Assembly: GCA_964610335.1 (NCBI GenBank)
Contig: CAZSVP010000001.1
Span: 151,057 to 215,056, forward strand
Origin: an uncultured Candidatus Saccharibacteria bacterium
GTDB taxonomy: Bacteria; Patescibacteriota; Saccharimonadia; CAILAD01; BJGX01
Length of the DNA stretch: 64,000 nt
Reading direction: 5' to 3'
Part shown: one piece after another, positions 10,417 through 19,896 of the stretch
Numbering within the stretch: position 1 is the first letter of the stretch
How the letters are laid out: each line of letters begins with the position of its first letter
Notes under the pieces: model-generated
The model's input: the letters and a program-made list of their open reading frames with translations, nothing else
Told to the model about the DNA's origin: nothing
Database searches by the model: none
Translations under genes and position numbers: made by a program

Positions 10417-11023
10417 GAGGAGCGCCCTTACCTTCCAATGAACGCAGTGTTTCGTAGATAACGCGCTCAGTATTGGGATTTAAGCCTTGGTTCTTGAAAT
10501 ATTGCATGGCATCAGCTTTGGCCTGCTCGTATGGAAGTTTGGTTATTGTAACTAAGAAACTATCAGTATCGGAGTTGTAGCTAATAGTGTAGTTACTATT
10601 AAAGCGTGGTAATGTCCTTATGAACTGTGCTCGCGGGGAATTATTTCTACCCGTTTTAAAAACCAATGTACTTGATAGTGATCCCCCTGAAGCTGACTGT
10701 ATATTGTTTAGCGATATAATATAAGAAGTATCTTCTGCTAAGGGCTTATTAGGTGTAATAGTAATAGTGTTATTTGCTATTTCTACTAGGTAAGCAAACT
10801 TAGGTGATACCTTGATATTATCTTTGTTCTGATCCAATTTAAGAGGTTGTGAGTAGGTTACAATAATTGGCTTACTCGGATCAAAACCACTAGCATTGTT
10901 GGCTGGAGTTGTGGTTGTAAGTGTGAAAGATTTACTATTACTGCTGGAGATTGCAAACCAAATCCCCAGCGCAATTATCAAAGCTACTACGCCTGCGATA
11001 GTGTATGTGAGCCAGCGATTCAT
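10409..11023 (-). CDS. Membrane-anchored extracellular hypothetical protein (last gene of the hydrolase operon)
   Basis: N-terminal TM helix, S/T/N-rich ectodomain; start overlaps the upstream gene stop. Confidence 0.5.
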   Translation of the reverse strand: MNRWLTYTIAGVVALIIALGIWFAISSSNSKSFTLTTTTPANNASGFDPSKPIIVTYSQPLKLDQNKDNIKVSPKFAYLVEIANNTITITPNKPLAEDTSYIISLNNIQSASGGSLSSTLVFKTGRNNSPRAQFIRTLPRFNSNYTISYNSDTDSFLVTITKLPYEQAKADAMQYFKNQGLNPNTERVIYETLRSLEGKGAPPS

Positions 11024-12027
11024 TTGATCTTACTCGCCATTATAAATATTCCTCCCTGACCCGAAATCAATAAGTTCTTATCTGATGCTATTATCTGGCT
11101 GGCAGACTGTACATAGTCGGGCAGAGTTGTAATACTAGACGAGCTTTTGTTGCTGATATTATAACTCGACAACTTAGTAACACCCTTCTCTACCATAGCA
11201 ACATAGGCCAGGCTATCAGACACTGGATAAAACAAACCGACAGGTGTTACTACATTGGTCTCTATAGTGTTACCAGATAGATTTAGTAGTTTGATATTAC
11301 TATCGGCTTTTTCCTGCAGTATTAGAACGTCTTGAACTTGTCTGTACCCATACAGGCCAGCAACTGTCACGGTATTCTTCTTCTCAAAGGAGTTGTTGTA
11401 GTAGTCTAACTGAATTTTGCCATCAGCGGTGATGTTGCTGGTAATAAAACCATTCTTGTTGGCTAGTACTATATCTATAAAAGTAAAAGTTTGTGAAGAA
11501 GTATTGATTTTGGCCAACCCAGAATCGATTGAATAAAAGCTGATCTTACCAGTATACAAGCTCGTTTCGTATGGCCCATAGACAAATGGATCATTTGGTT
11601 TGAGTGGTTCTAGAACAACTAGATTACCATTACCCCACTTGGTGTATGGTGTAGTGAGATAGGTTTTGCCTAGTGTGCCGTTGCCACCATAGTTATTTAG
11701 ATCAGTTATGACCGTTCTGATAGGATTAGTGTTTTGAATACTAGAAATCATATTAACATTACTTGCCAATTTTGGTTGGAGATCTATCGCTACCGGACCT
11801 ATAAGTTTGTTTTGTTTGGAAGTTTGGTTGTATTGGTAGATATTGGATTGTCCGTCGATGTATGTAAAGTTATCGTTGTTGAAAGTGATTGGTTGAAAGC
11901 TTTGATACTTGTTAATCAACTCAGGTTTGGCGGCTTGTTTGTTTAAGCTAAAGATTGCAAATAGTATCACACCGACAAGTGCTAAGCCGGCTACGACAAT
12001 GATAAACATCTTCTCGCGTTGACTCAT
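11020..12027 (-). CDS. Membrane-anchored hypothetical protein
   Basis: N-terminal TM helix; 4-nt overlaps with both neighbours (operon). Confidence 0.5.
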   Translation of the reverse strand: MSQREKMFIIVVAGLALVGVILFAIFSLNKQAAKPELINKYQSFQPITFNNDNFTYIDGQSNIYQYNQTSKQNKLIGPVAIDLQPKLASNVNMISSIQNTNPIRTVITDLNNYGGNGTLGKTYLTTPYTKWGNGNLVVLEPLKPNDPFVYGPYETSLYTGKISFYSIDSGLAKINTSSQTFTFIDIVLANKNGFITSNITADGKIQLDYYNNSFEKKNTVTVAGLYGYRQVQDVLILQEKADSNIKLLNLSGNTIETNVVTPVGLFYPVSDSLAYVAMVEKGVTKLSSYNISNKSSSSITTLPDYVQSASQIIASDKNLLISGQGGIFIMASKIK

Positions 12028-14516
12028 TGTGTCCCCAGATCAGCACGAAGCTTAGCCATATAGCCAGGTCCAGGGTCAGTATGCCCACGACCAGGTGCTC
12101 CATTCATACAAGTATTGGCTTCAAAATGCCCAAATATGCCCTTACTATTAGGCTCGGCGCAAATTTGTTCATTTTTGATGCCAAATATCTGCATTAGGTC
12201 TTTTACGGTTTCTAGCACAGCTTGGTATTGGGTAGCATTGTTGGTTATCTCGGCCTCGTCAAGGCCATCAATCTCGATACCAATCGAGTGTTTGTTGAAG
12301 CTATTGACGTGTTCGGTATAGGTGTTGAGCGGCTCGACTAGTTGGTAAACCTTGCCTTCGGTGGATATCCATACCTGTACTGAACAACCTTGAGGACCAC
12401 AATTCTTGTTGGAGCGGATAGCGTTAGCAAAGGCCTCGGCGTTGGCTGAGTGGCCGGCAGTATAATGGATTATGATGGTAGTAGGTGTAATGGTGGCACC
12501 CTCAAATGACTTAACTATGGTTGCGTTCTTGAGATTACCGCCCGTGCCATTGCCGCAGCTCACTCCATCGCCGGCTAAGTCTACCATCTTCTGAATCTGT
12601 TCTTTGATGGTGTTGATATAGCTCTCCGTGTTGTTCTCAACTGGTGGAGCGTACTTCATCATGGCATCACGGATTGTGAGCTTGCCATCATCTATATATA
12701 CCTTCTTAAGATAGGTCGGATGGTCATCTTTGGTGCCACCACCATCCAAGCTTATCTCCCAGCTTTCGTACTTAAACCAGCCATCGACTTGAGGCTGTGA
12801 TGCAGCAGCGCGCCGGCCGAAGGCATTTTGACTACCATTGAGAGCTATTCCGGCCGTGCCAAAGCTTGATTCGTGTTGAGCTATAGCAACAACCCAGAAC
12901 GGATTAACGCCGGCGCGTACGGCACCACTGACAAACTTTTCTCCCAAACCACGCATTGGTGAGTTTGGTGGTGAGCCTGTTTCCATGAATTTATTGAGTG
13001 CTTCTCCTACTTTGGCGGCATCATTGATTGTTGGTAGCCTAGTATCGTCCACACATTGACCTGTTCCACTAGCGCTATTGGCAGGACAGTTAGTTGATTT
13101 TGTAACTGTCGTACTAGTACCACCACCATTAATTACATTCTCAACTATAAGATTGGCGTAGGCATCGACACCGGCTGGACTGGTTGGATGAACATAAACT
13201 TCTTGGTTCTCTATGAGGTCTTTGGTATCGACTAAGTCTGCTTTGATGGCGCTCGGATCACCATCAGGGTAGACGGTTTTAAACCAAGATATTACCTTAA
13301 ATCCGCTAGACGACTTTTCTATTAGTGTCTTGTTTTGGCCTTCGTAGGCTTTGTTACGACCTGCAGGCTCAGGGCTATTGGCAGCAAAGTCTACCCAGTA
13401 GACAGCTGCCCCGGGATTATTGTCTTTAATGATCTTCATGGCGGCGTCGACATCTGCTGCAAAAGTAGGACGGTTGTAGGCATTGGTGCCGAGTTCAATT
13501 ACGATAGCTTTGGCAGTTTTGATTTTTTCTGAGTTGTTTTTCATCTCGGTGAGGCCATCGGGCTGAAATGCCGGCGGACCACCAGTGAGTCCACGGCCAC
13601 TCTTGGCAATTATTTCCACCTCGTTCCAACCCTTGGTCTTGAAAAGTGCTATGGTGGGATTGCCTGCAAATGCGGCCAGCATGGAGTCACCAAACATCAA
13701 TACTTTACCAGGACTTTTGTCGCCATTTCCGCTATTGGTGGCACCAGTAGTAGTGGTGGTAGATCCTGGAGTTTCAGCTGCCAAAGTTGAGGGTTTAAAT
13801 GCTGTAGGGTTGCTCTTACTTGATGTGGTAGCTGCCGGTGGTGATGCGTTGCCGTTTGGTTGTCCTATTTGCCGATACCGCTTCAACCCCACAACAATAT
13901 AGTTTGGATCTCCAGGATTGTATATTTGAAAAGCTTTAGCTACTGTACCCTCAGCCACTGGCTGAGTGACTATTGGATCAGCATTGTTCTTTAAAAATTC
14001 TTCTTCGTTGTCTACTCCTAATGGAGGGTTTGGTCCTACCTTGGCATTTTCCTTGAGCCAATATTGAGCAGCTGCTTTAGAAGAGTCTTCAAATTTAGTA
14101 ATGTCACCCCACTCAGTCTTCCAATACTCAACTAGTATTTGAAAAGGCCCTTTTGCATTTTTGTCACTCGTAACATCGGTATTTAGTTTGTTTATATCTG
14201 TGGGAATAGTGCGATAATCATCAGTGCCGTGTTCGTTCATATAAACTGCCGCTAAGACATTGGCACTAGTTTGGGCTGCATTAGCAGCATTGGTTAGCAT
14301 TGTTCTGGCCGGTTCTGGAAAATCACTTGGCAGTGACGAGCTAGTGGTAGAAATTATGTCTGTCTTACCACATGGCACGTCAGTAGCGTCAAACCAATTG
14401 GCACGCTCGTTTTCAAAGTGCCAATCAGCAGCCAATGCCTGCAGTGGCGTGTGTAGCAAGAATGTAATTGTTATTATTGCTAATAAGATAGGCCTTATTA
14501 TTCTAAGAAATGTCAT
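12024..14516 (-). CDS. Secreted multi-domain peptidoglycan hydrolase: SGNH/GDSL-like hydrolase region plus C-terminal N-acetylmuramoyl-L-alanine amidase (Amidase_2/PGRP) domain
   Basis: Signal peptide; FGDSMLAAFAG (GDS(L)-type) block; C-terminal IIIHYTAGHSANAEAF...HSIGIEIDG amidase_2 motifs. Confidence 0.7.
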   Translation of the reverse strand: MTFLRIIRPILLAIITITFLLHTPLQALAADWHFENERANWFDATDVPCGKTDIISTTSSSLPSDFPEPARTMLTNAANAAQTSANVLAAVYMNEHGTDDYRTIPTDINKLNTDVTSDKNAKGPFQILVEYWKTEWGDITKFEDSSKAAAQYWLKENAKVGPNPPLGVDNEEEFLKNNADPIVTQPVAEGTVAKAFQIYNPGDPNYIVVGLKRYRQIGQPNGNASPPAATTSSKSNPTAFKPSTLAAETPGSTTTTTGATNSGNGDKSPGKVLMFGDSMLAAFAGNPTIALFKTKGWNEVEIIAKSGRGLTGGPPAFQPDGLTEMKNNSEKIKTAKAIVIELGTNAYNRPTFAADVDAAMKIIKDNNPGAAVYWVDFAANSPEPAGRNKAYEGQNKTLIEKSSSGFKVISWFKTVYPDGDPSAIKADLVDTKDLIENQEVYVHPTSPAGVDAYANLIVENVINGGGTSTTVTKSTNCPANSASGTGQCVDDTRLPTINDAAKVGEALNKFMETGSPPNSPMRGLGEKFVSGAVRAGVNPFWVVAIAQHESSFGTAGIALNGSQNAFGRRAAASQPQVDGWFKYESWEISLDGGGTKDDHPTYLKKVYIDDGKLTIRDAMMKYAPPVENNTESYINTIKEQIQKMVDLAGDGVSCGNGTGGNLKNATIVKSFEGATITPTTIIIHYTAGHSANAEAFANAIRSNKNCGPQGCSVQVWISTEGKVYQLVEPLNTYTEHVNSFNKHSIGIEIDGLDEAEITNNATQYQAVLETVKDLMQIFGIKNEQICAEPNSKGIFGHFEANTCMNGAPGRGHTDPGPGYMAKLRADLGTQ

Positions 14517-15496
14517 TTGTTATTCTCCGCAATTTGAGCCACCACCACTCCCTGGGAACTATTAAATATCAATGTATTATTGTACTTCACAAAACTCTTC
14601 AGTGGAGGCACAACATAGTTGATTTGGTACAGCAAGGTGGATTTTTGTTGCCCACTTGGGTATTTGCTGACCTGGGTGAGCTTAGGTGTTGTGGCTGCCA
14701 CTAACATACTTTGGTCAGCCTCAACAAATAAGTTTGATAGTAATGCTCCAATACCAGTATCAGTTTTCTTGCCATCAGAAGACAACAAGTAAATCTCACT
14801 ATTAGTAGTAGATTGATTGGTGGATGCGGCAAGTGATGGCGATGCTGTTCTGATATATGATGGATTAATAATCGATTCGATCTGCGTGACAGTCTTGGCT
14901 GCAATGTCTATTCTATTCACTATGGTTGATATATCTAGTCCGCAAGCTAGCAGTATCTGAGTATCCGAGCTGGCAATTACACGAAATGGCATGTTGGTGC
15001 TAGCAATCTTGGTAGTAGAGTTGCTTTGGGTATTGCCCAATAATATTGATTCTTTGACGTCTGGAATAACATCAGTACCTGGCGTACTGGGTTTTGGCTG
15101 TGTAAATACATAATTGCTACCACTACCCACCCAGCCAAAGAAGTCAGATGCCAACACCTTGGTCTGCTTGATATTAATATCATAAATGATGGTTTCTTTG
15201 TTATTACCACTACTTATGAATTTACCGTCATTACTAATACCTACATCACCTATTTTTACACTACCAATTTGATCGAATTGTTTGCTTGATTCGTTATATC
15301 GATAGATATTGTTCTTGCGACTGGCCAACAAGCCATTGGGCGTGATCTGCACATTGTCAAAACCAGATTCCTCGACAAGGTTAAAGTCGAGTGTTTGTAC
15401 TTTGGTAGTACTTTGTTGGGTAAATAGTGTGTATAACAAGGCCAGCACTATGAGTGCCACAAATACAATTAATGCAATTATTATTGGACGCCGCAT
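14513..15496 (-). CDS. Membrane-anchored hypothetical protein (possible beta-propeller ectodomain)
   Basis: N-terminal TM helix; operon overlap. Confidence 0.45.
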   Translation of the reverse strand: MRRPIIIALIVFVALIVLALLYTLFTQQSTTKVQTLDFNLVEESGFDNVQITPNGLLASRKNNIYRYNESSKQFDQIGSVKIGDVGISNDGKFISSGNNKETIIYDINIKQTKVLASDFFGWVGSGSNYVFTQPKPSTPGTDVIPDVKESILLGNTQSNSTTKIASTNMPFRVIASSDTQILLACGLDISTIVNRIDIAAKTVTQIESIINPSYIRTASPSLAASTNQSTTNSEIYLLSSDGKKTDTGIGALLSNLFVEADQSMLVAATTPKLTQVSKYPSGQQKSTLLYQINYVVPPLKSFVKYNNTLIFNSSQGVVVAQIAENNK

Positions 15497-18400
15497 CTTG
15501 CCTTTATATCGTGTTTATCTGGTAACCATTCGCCAGGGTTGAGTGTACGATTGTTCTGATTGTCACCAACTTCAAAATGTAGGTGGTTTCCTGTAGAGTG
15601 GCCAGTACTATCTCCTTTGGCAATCACATCACCTTGTGAAACCTTGGCTCCGACTTGAACCAACACTTCTTGGTTGTGTCCATATAAGGTAAACAAGTCG
15701 TCGGCGTGTTTGATGATTACACTATTACCATAGCCATCGTTTGCTCCAGCCTGCACTACCTCGCCATCAGCCACCGCATAGATATCCGGATATGGGCCAC
15801 CATCGCCTGGTGTCCAATAGATGTCTATGGCCTTGCCGCCACTTGGGTAAGTATGAGGTGGATTACCATCGGCACATCTAGAAATGCCTGTTTTGTCCGT
15901 GCCTACTGGCCATATAAAGCCACCGGGATTCTTACCGCCACTACCGCCACTACTACTACCACTACCAGCATAGAATCCAGCTGGCGGTTTGTCTTGTCCA
16001 AGATCACGAAGCATAGTCATCTGGGCTTTGTAGTATATGTATAGTCGGTAGCGCTTAGCGAATTCTGGATCAATCTTGGCCATTTTCAGAGGATTTGACT
16101 TAGTCATCATTGTTTCGCAGGTGTAAACTTGGAAGAACTCCGAATCTACATTGGGGTTTTCCAATGATGTGTCTGGGTACACTATGTCTGCACCCTCACC
16201 ACCGATGGTAAAACCTGTTCTTATAAATAAATACCTGAGCTGATCAGTAGGCTCTACGTTTGAAAGTGGTACACCTGGAAGGGGCACTCTGGTGAAAAGT
16301 ATTGGCGAGGTGATTTCTTTCTTGAAACACTGGTCGTAGTAGCGCATTTGTTTGATGCGAATATCGTCAGTTTCATCTATGTCTTTCTTGAGTTGCTCTA
16401 TGGCCTTGGCGTTCTCTAGTAAGTTAACTGACTTGAGCTCTGCCTCCGAGAATCCAGCCAGATCAACCTTGAAGTACTTGGCAGTGTCGTTACCGGCTGC
16501 AAACGCAGTGTTATTCTGGCCAGTAGCCACGAAGTTGAGACTGTTACTTAGGCTGGCCAGGTTCTGTAGTGGTGTGCTAACTGATTTTGCTAGGTTGGCC
16601 AAATAGCTCTTGGTACTCTCGACACTAGTGTTCTGTACTGCTATGCGTGAAGCGATCGAGCGTGGACTCTTGGTATCAAATAGTCTGGCGAACAAGCTCT
16701 TGTTTTGTTGTTCTACCCGAGCATTATTTTCTACCTTGATGGCAAGCTCGTTTTGTTCTTGCTCAGTTAAGAAGGCTCCACCGATGGTGCGCATATAGTC
16801 GGAGGTGAGCTGTTCCACACCCATCGATTGGCGGTTGAAGTTGTTGGGACCCGCTTCGGTACCCGACACAGTGCCGGTGGCTGCAATTCTAAACGATGCT
16901 ATCAACATATCTTGTAAACCAAAGTTATTGGGGTTGCCAACTTCAAATATTCCAGCTGATTCAGCGGTTACCTCTGATTTAAATAGTTTATACGCATCAA
17001 GAACCTTATCTTCTCCTAGACTTTGTATAAAACTTCCTATCCACGGTATGTTATTGCCAATTGCCCAAAACGCACAACCACTTCTGAATTTGTCACCAGC
17101 CCTTAAGGCAAACAAAGGACTAACTATGTAGGCTCGGTTGTGCAAAGATTCAGCATTGGCCTGTTTACCTTTGTTGGTGCCATCGACACTAAGGCTATAG
17201 CCGGCACTATCAGCCCAGTTCGATATAGAATTCATGGTGTAGTTGGTTTCTTTGTTACTGTTTTTGTATAAAGCTCCCGAGCCAGAAAGGGATAAGAATT
17301 TCAACCCGTTACGTACCGCTACATCGTGCCGCGTATTGAGTGAGCGGACATAGTTGTCAGGCTCGGTGAACAATGTGTAGTAAGGACACATGGCATCGAC
17401 AACTTGTTTAGGGTCTTGTTCATTCATTTGCTCAGGAAAAGGTAAACCAATCTCTGTGGCCACAGCTTTGTAGTCTATTGTTTCTGGGTCTTCACCTTTC
17501 TCGATCGCATCGTATATCTTGTCGGCAAACTCCTTTATTTTCTGATCATTGGTTTTGGGTGCTTGGTCCTGCTTGCTAGTTACTCTGGAGAGAGTCTTTT
17601 TGAGCAACGCTTCGTCTACTTTCTCTGTTGGTTGGTCCTGTATCTCAGTTTTATCAGTTACATAGCTCAGGTAAGCATCAGAGTTCTTGTTGATAGACCT
17701 GGCATTGGACACACGAGTAGATAGGTTGAACATAGGGTATGTGTTCATGAAGCAATTATTGATGGCAGCAGTTGCTTGATCTAGTGGAATCTCTTTGTTG
17801 GTGGTTTTCTCAAATACTTTGTCAATCAAGTGTATGGTCTTGTGGTCGTAATTGAGATACGGCACAAATGTGAATCGATAGTTACAACTATCGGGGTTGC
17901 CGTACCTCCATTGGGCCTTCTCCCAATCGATGTTGGCTACGATCTCGTCGATACTACCTGGCTCTGGTTTGTTGAGTGTATGGTCAGCAAATGCAGTATT
18001 ATCGTTCTTAATTGGCACGGCGTACCCAAGACGTTCATTTAATTCTCTGGCATACGAAGCTCCGGGTACCCCAATCGCTTCAGCTCCCTGAATCACAAAT
18101 CTTCGAGTAGCCTTGTCGGTTACTACTGTCCTTACAAAATCAAATGGGTTGGCGATAATGCTGGCAAACAAAAACCCAATAAATGCAACAAGTACAATTA
18201 CTGAAGCACCAGCAGCATAAATTGTATGACGTAGTTTCTTATTGGCACCAAGCGACATAGCTACACCTTCCCAATTTTGTTCGGCGGCTTGGGCTAGCGT
18301 TTTAGAAATTGCCTTGGTGCGAGAATCCTCCGATGTTGCACCACCTTGTCTTTTGGACATATCATCTGTGCCTTTTTGGAGATTCTTTTTGGCTTGGTCT

Positions 18401-18810
18401 TTTTTCTGCTGCTTAGGGTTATCGTAACCAGCATCTTCTGCTTTTTTCTGCTGCAGTTTCTTCTCGGCTCTCGGATTGCCATAAATATGGGCCGGTTCTT
18501 TACCACTTGGTGTTTTGCTGGTACTAGTTTCCTTTGGCGGTTGTGATTGTTTGCCGCGGTTGCCAAAATCAAGCTTTTCGCTGCGGTTGCCAAAAACGCC
18601 TTTCTTGGACTCCCGAACAGGTCTTTGCATAGGACTAACACTAGTGTCGTCCATGCCCTCACGATAGTTGCCCGGTAGTTCATCGGGTTCAGTTAAACTA
18701 GCCAAGTCAGGATTGGCATCGGTCATTTCAGCAAACTGCCTATCTATCTCTTGTTGTGGTGTTTCCGAAGGTTCTTCGGTATCACTAGGTAGCTGTGATG
18801 CTCTGGCCAT
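15481..18810 (-). CDS. Giant (1109 aa) membrane-anchored cell-wall hydrolase with a C-terminal M23 (LytM) peptidase domain. It could play the VirB1/PrgK-type hydrolase role of the T4SS-like locus.
   Basis: C-terminal GNSVIIKHADDLFTLYGHNQ...GDSTGHSTGNHLHFEV (M23 HxxxD/HxH motifs); TM helix near residue ~200; first gene of a 5-gene minus-strand operon. Confidence 0.7.
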   Translation of the reverse strand: MARASQLPSDTEEPSETPQQEIDRQFAEMTDANPDLASLTEPDELPGNYREGMDDTSVSPMQRPVRESKKGVFGNRSEKLDFGNRGKQSQPPKETSTSKTPSGKEPAHIYGNPRAEKKLQQKKAEDAGYDNPKQQKKDQAKKNLQKGTDDMSKRQGGATSEDSRTKAISKTLAQAAEQNWEGVAMSLGANKKLRHTIYAAGASVIVLVAFIGFLFASIIANPFDFVRTVVTDKATRRFVIQGAEAIGVPGASYARELNERLGYAVPIKNDNTAFADHTLNKPEPGSIDEIVANIDWEKAQWRYGNPDSCNYRFTFVPYLNYDHKTIHLIDKVFEKTTNKEIPLDQATAAINNCFMNTYPMFNLSTRVSNARSINKNSDAYLSYVTDKTEIQDQPTEKVDEALLKKTLSRVTSKQDQAPKTNDQKIKEFADKIYDAIEKGEDPETIDYKAVATEIGLPFPEQMNEQDPKQVVDAMCPYYTLFTEPDNYVRSLNTRHDVAVRNGLKFLSLSGSGALYKNSNKETNYTMNSISNWADSAGYSLSVDGTNKGKQANAESLHNRAYIVSPLFALRAGDKFRSGCAFWAIGNNIPWIGSFIQSLGEDKVLDAYKLFKSEVTAESAGIFEVGNPNNFGLQDMLIASFRIAATGTVSGTEAGPNNFNRQSMGVEQLTSDYMRTIGGAFLTEQEQNELAIKVENNARVEQQNKSLFARLFDTKSPRSIASRIAVQNTSVESTKSYLANLAKSVSTPLQNLASLSNSLNFVATGQNNTAFAAGNDTAKYFKVDLAGFSEAELKSVNLLENAKAIEQLKKDIDETDDIRIKQMRYYDQCFKKEITSPILFTRVPLPGVPLSNVEPTDQLRYLFIRTGFTIGGEGADIVYPDTSLENPNVDSEFFQVYTCETMMTKSNPLKMAKIDPEFAKRYRLYIYYKAQMTMLRDLGQDKPPAGFYAGSGSSSGGSGGKNPGGFIWPVGTDKTGISRCADGNPPHTYPSGGKAIDIYWTPGDGGPYPDIYAVADGEVVQAGANDGYGNSVIIKHADDLFTLYGHNQEVLVQVGAKVSQGDVIAKGDSTGHSTGNHLHFEVGDNQNNRTLNPGEWLPDKHDIKARCGVQ

Positions 18811-19002
18811 ATATTAACTCTTCCAACTCCAAAAAATTACTACTCTATTGTAACTAAAAGCTAATGGTTAGGCTAGGTGAAAATATACCACCAAACTGTC
18901 TGTGACCAAGGCTATCCATAAATAAGATATGAATTGAGTCCGCTAGATTGCCGATAGTATGCCTGATTTGGTATCATGTTTAATTAACAGTACATAATAC
19001 TT

Positions 19003-19896
19003 ATGGCAAAAAATACCCCTCAAATTTCACCCGAAGAAGCAGAACATGCTCGTTCTACCACGCCACCCAAGAAGAAGGGTGATCAGCGTGCTAGTACGCA
19101 GCAGCATCTAAGCTTCTCCGAGATTAAAGATGGCATTATTGTAATGCGTGATGGCGGTTTGCGTATGGTGATATTGTGTAGCCCCACCAACTTTGATCTC
19201 AAGAGCCCAGCCGAAAAAGATGCTATGGAATTTGCTTACCAAGGTTTTCTCAATGGTCTGCACTTCCCCATCCAAATTGTCGTGCAAAGCCGCCGTGTGG
19301 ATCTAGACAACTACCTCGAGAATCTCGAGAACATACAGGCTAATCAATCGAATGGCTTGCTGGCTGGACTTATGGAAGACTACATCTACAATATCCGCGA
19401 GCTATTGCAAGAGGTAAACATTATGGATAAACGCTTTTACGTGGTTGTTCCCTACTACACCGAGATAATTAGTAAGAAAACTATCTTCAGTGGGCTGAAG
19501 AATGTATTTTCTCCGGTTGGGCAGGTCACACAAACAACCGTTCAGTTTGAGCAGCGTAAGCGTGAGCTGTTGCAACGTACTCAGCTAGTAGCAGGAGGGT
19601 TGGCTAGTATTGGTATACGCTCAGTACTACTAAATACTCAGGAAGTAATAGAAATGCTCTACAATAGTTACAATATAGACGAAAGCCAAAACCAAGCAAT
19701 GGGTAGTGTAGCCGACATGAGCGCCCCAGTTGTACAGCGCAACGGAGATCTTGAAGCCCCGCATCCGGAGGCAGCTGAGGCTCCACCAGCAGACTTGTTT
19801 CAGGCAGCCAATGCGGCTCAGGCGGCTGTAATTGCCCAGCAGGCAAGCATCAATCAAACCCCGCCACCTACTCAAACCCCGGGAGCACCACAGTAA
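19003..19896 (+). CDS. VirB4 N-terminal-domain-like protein (split VirB4, part 1)
   Basis: Pattern ...IKDGIIVMRDGGLRMVILCSPTNFDLKSPAEKDAMEFAYQGFLNGL...IQIVVQS resembles the N-domain of VirB4/TraC/TrsE ATPases. Stop and next start overlap (TAATG). Confidence 0.45.
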   Translation: MAKNTPQISPEEAEHARSTTPPKKKGDQRASTQQHLSFSEIKDGIIVMRDGGLRMVILCSPTNFDLKSPAEKDAMEFAYQGFLNGLHFPIQIVVQSRRVDLDNYLENLENIQANQSNGLLAGLMEDYIYNIRELLQEVNIMDKRFYVVVPYYTEIISKKTIFSGLKNVFSPVGQVTQTTVQFEQRKRELLQRTQLVAGGLASIGIRSVLLNTQEVIEMLYNSYNIDESQNQAMGSVADMSAPVVQRNGDLEAPHPEAAEAPPADLFQAANAAQAAVIAQQASINQTPPPTQTPGAPQ

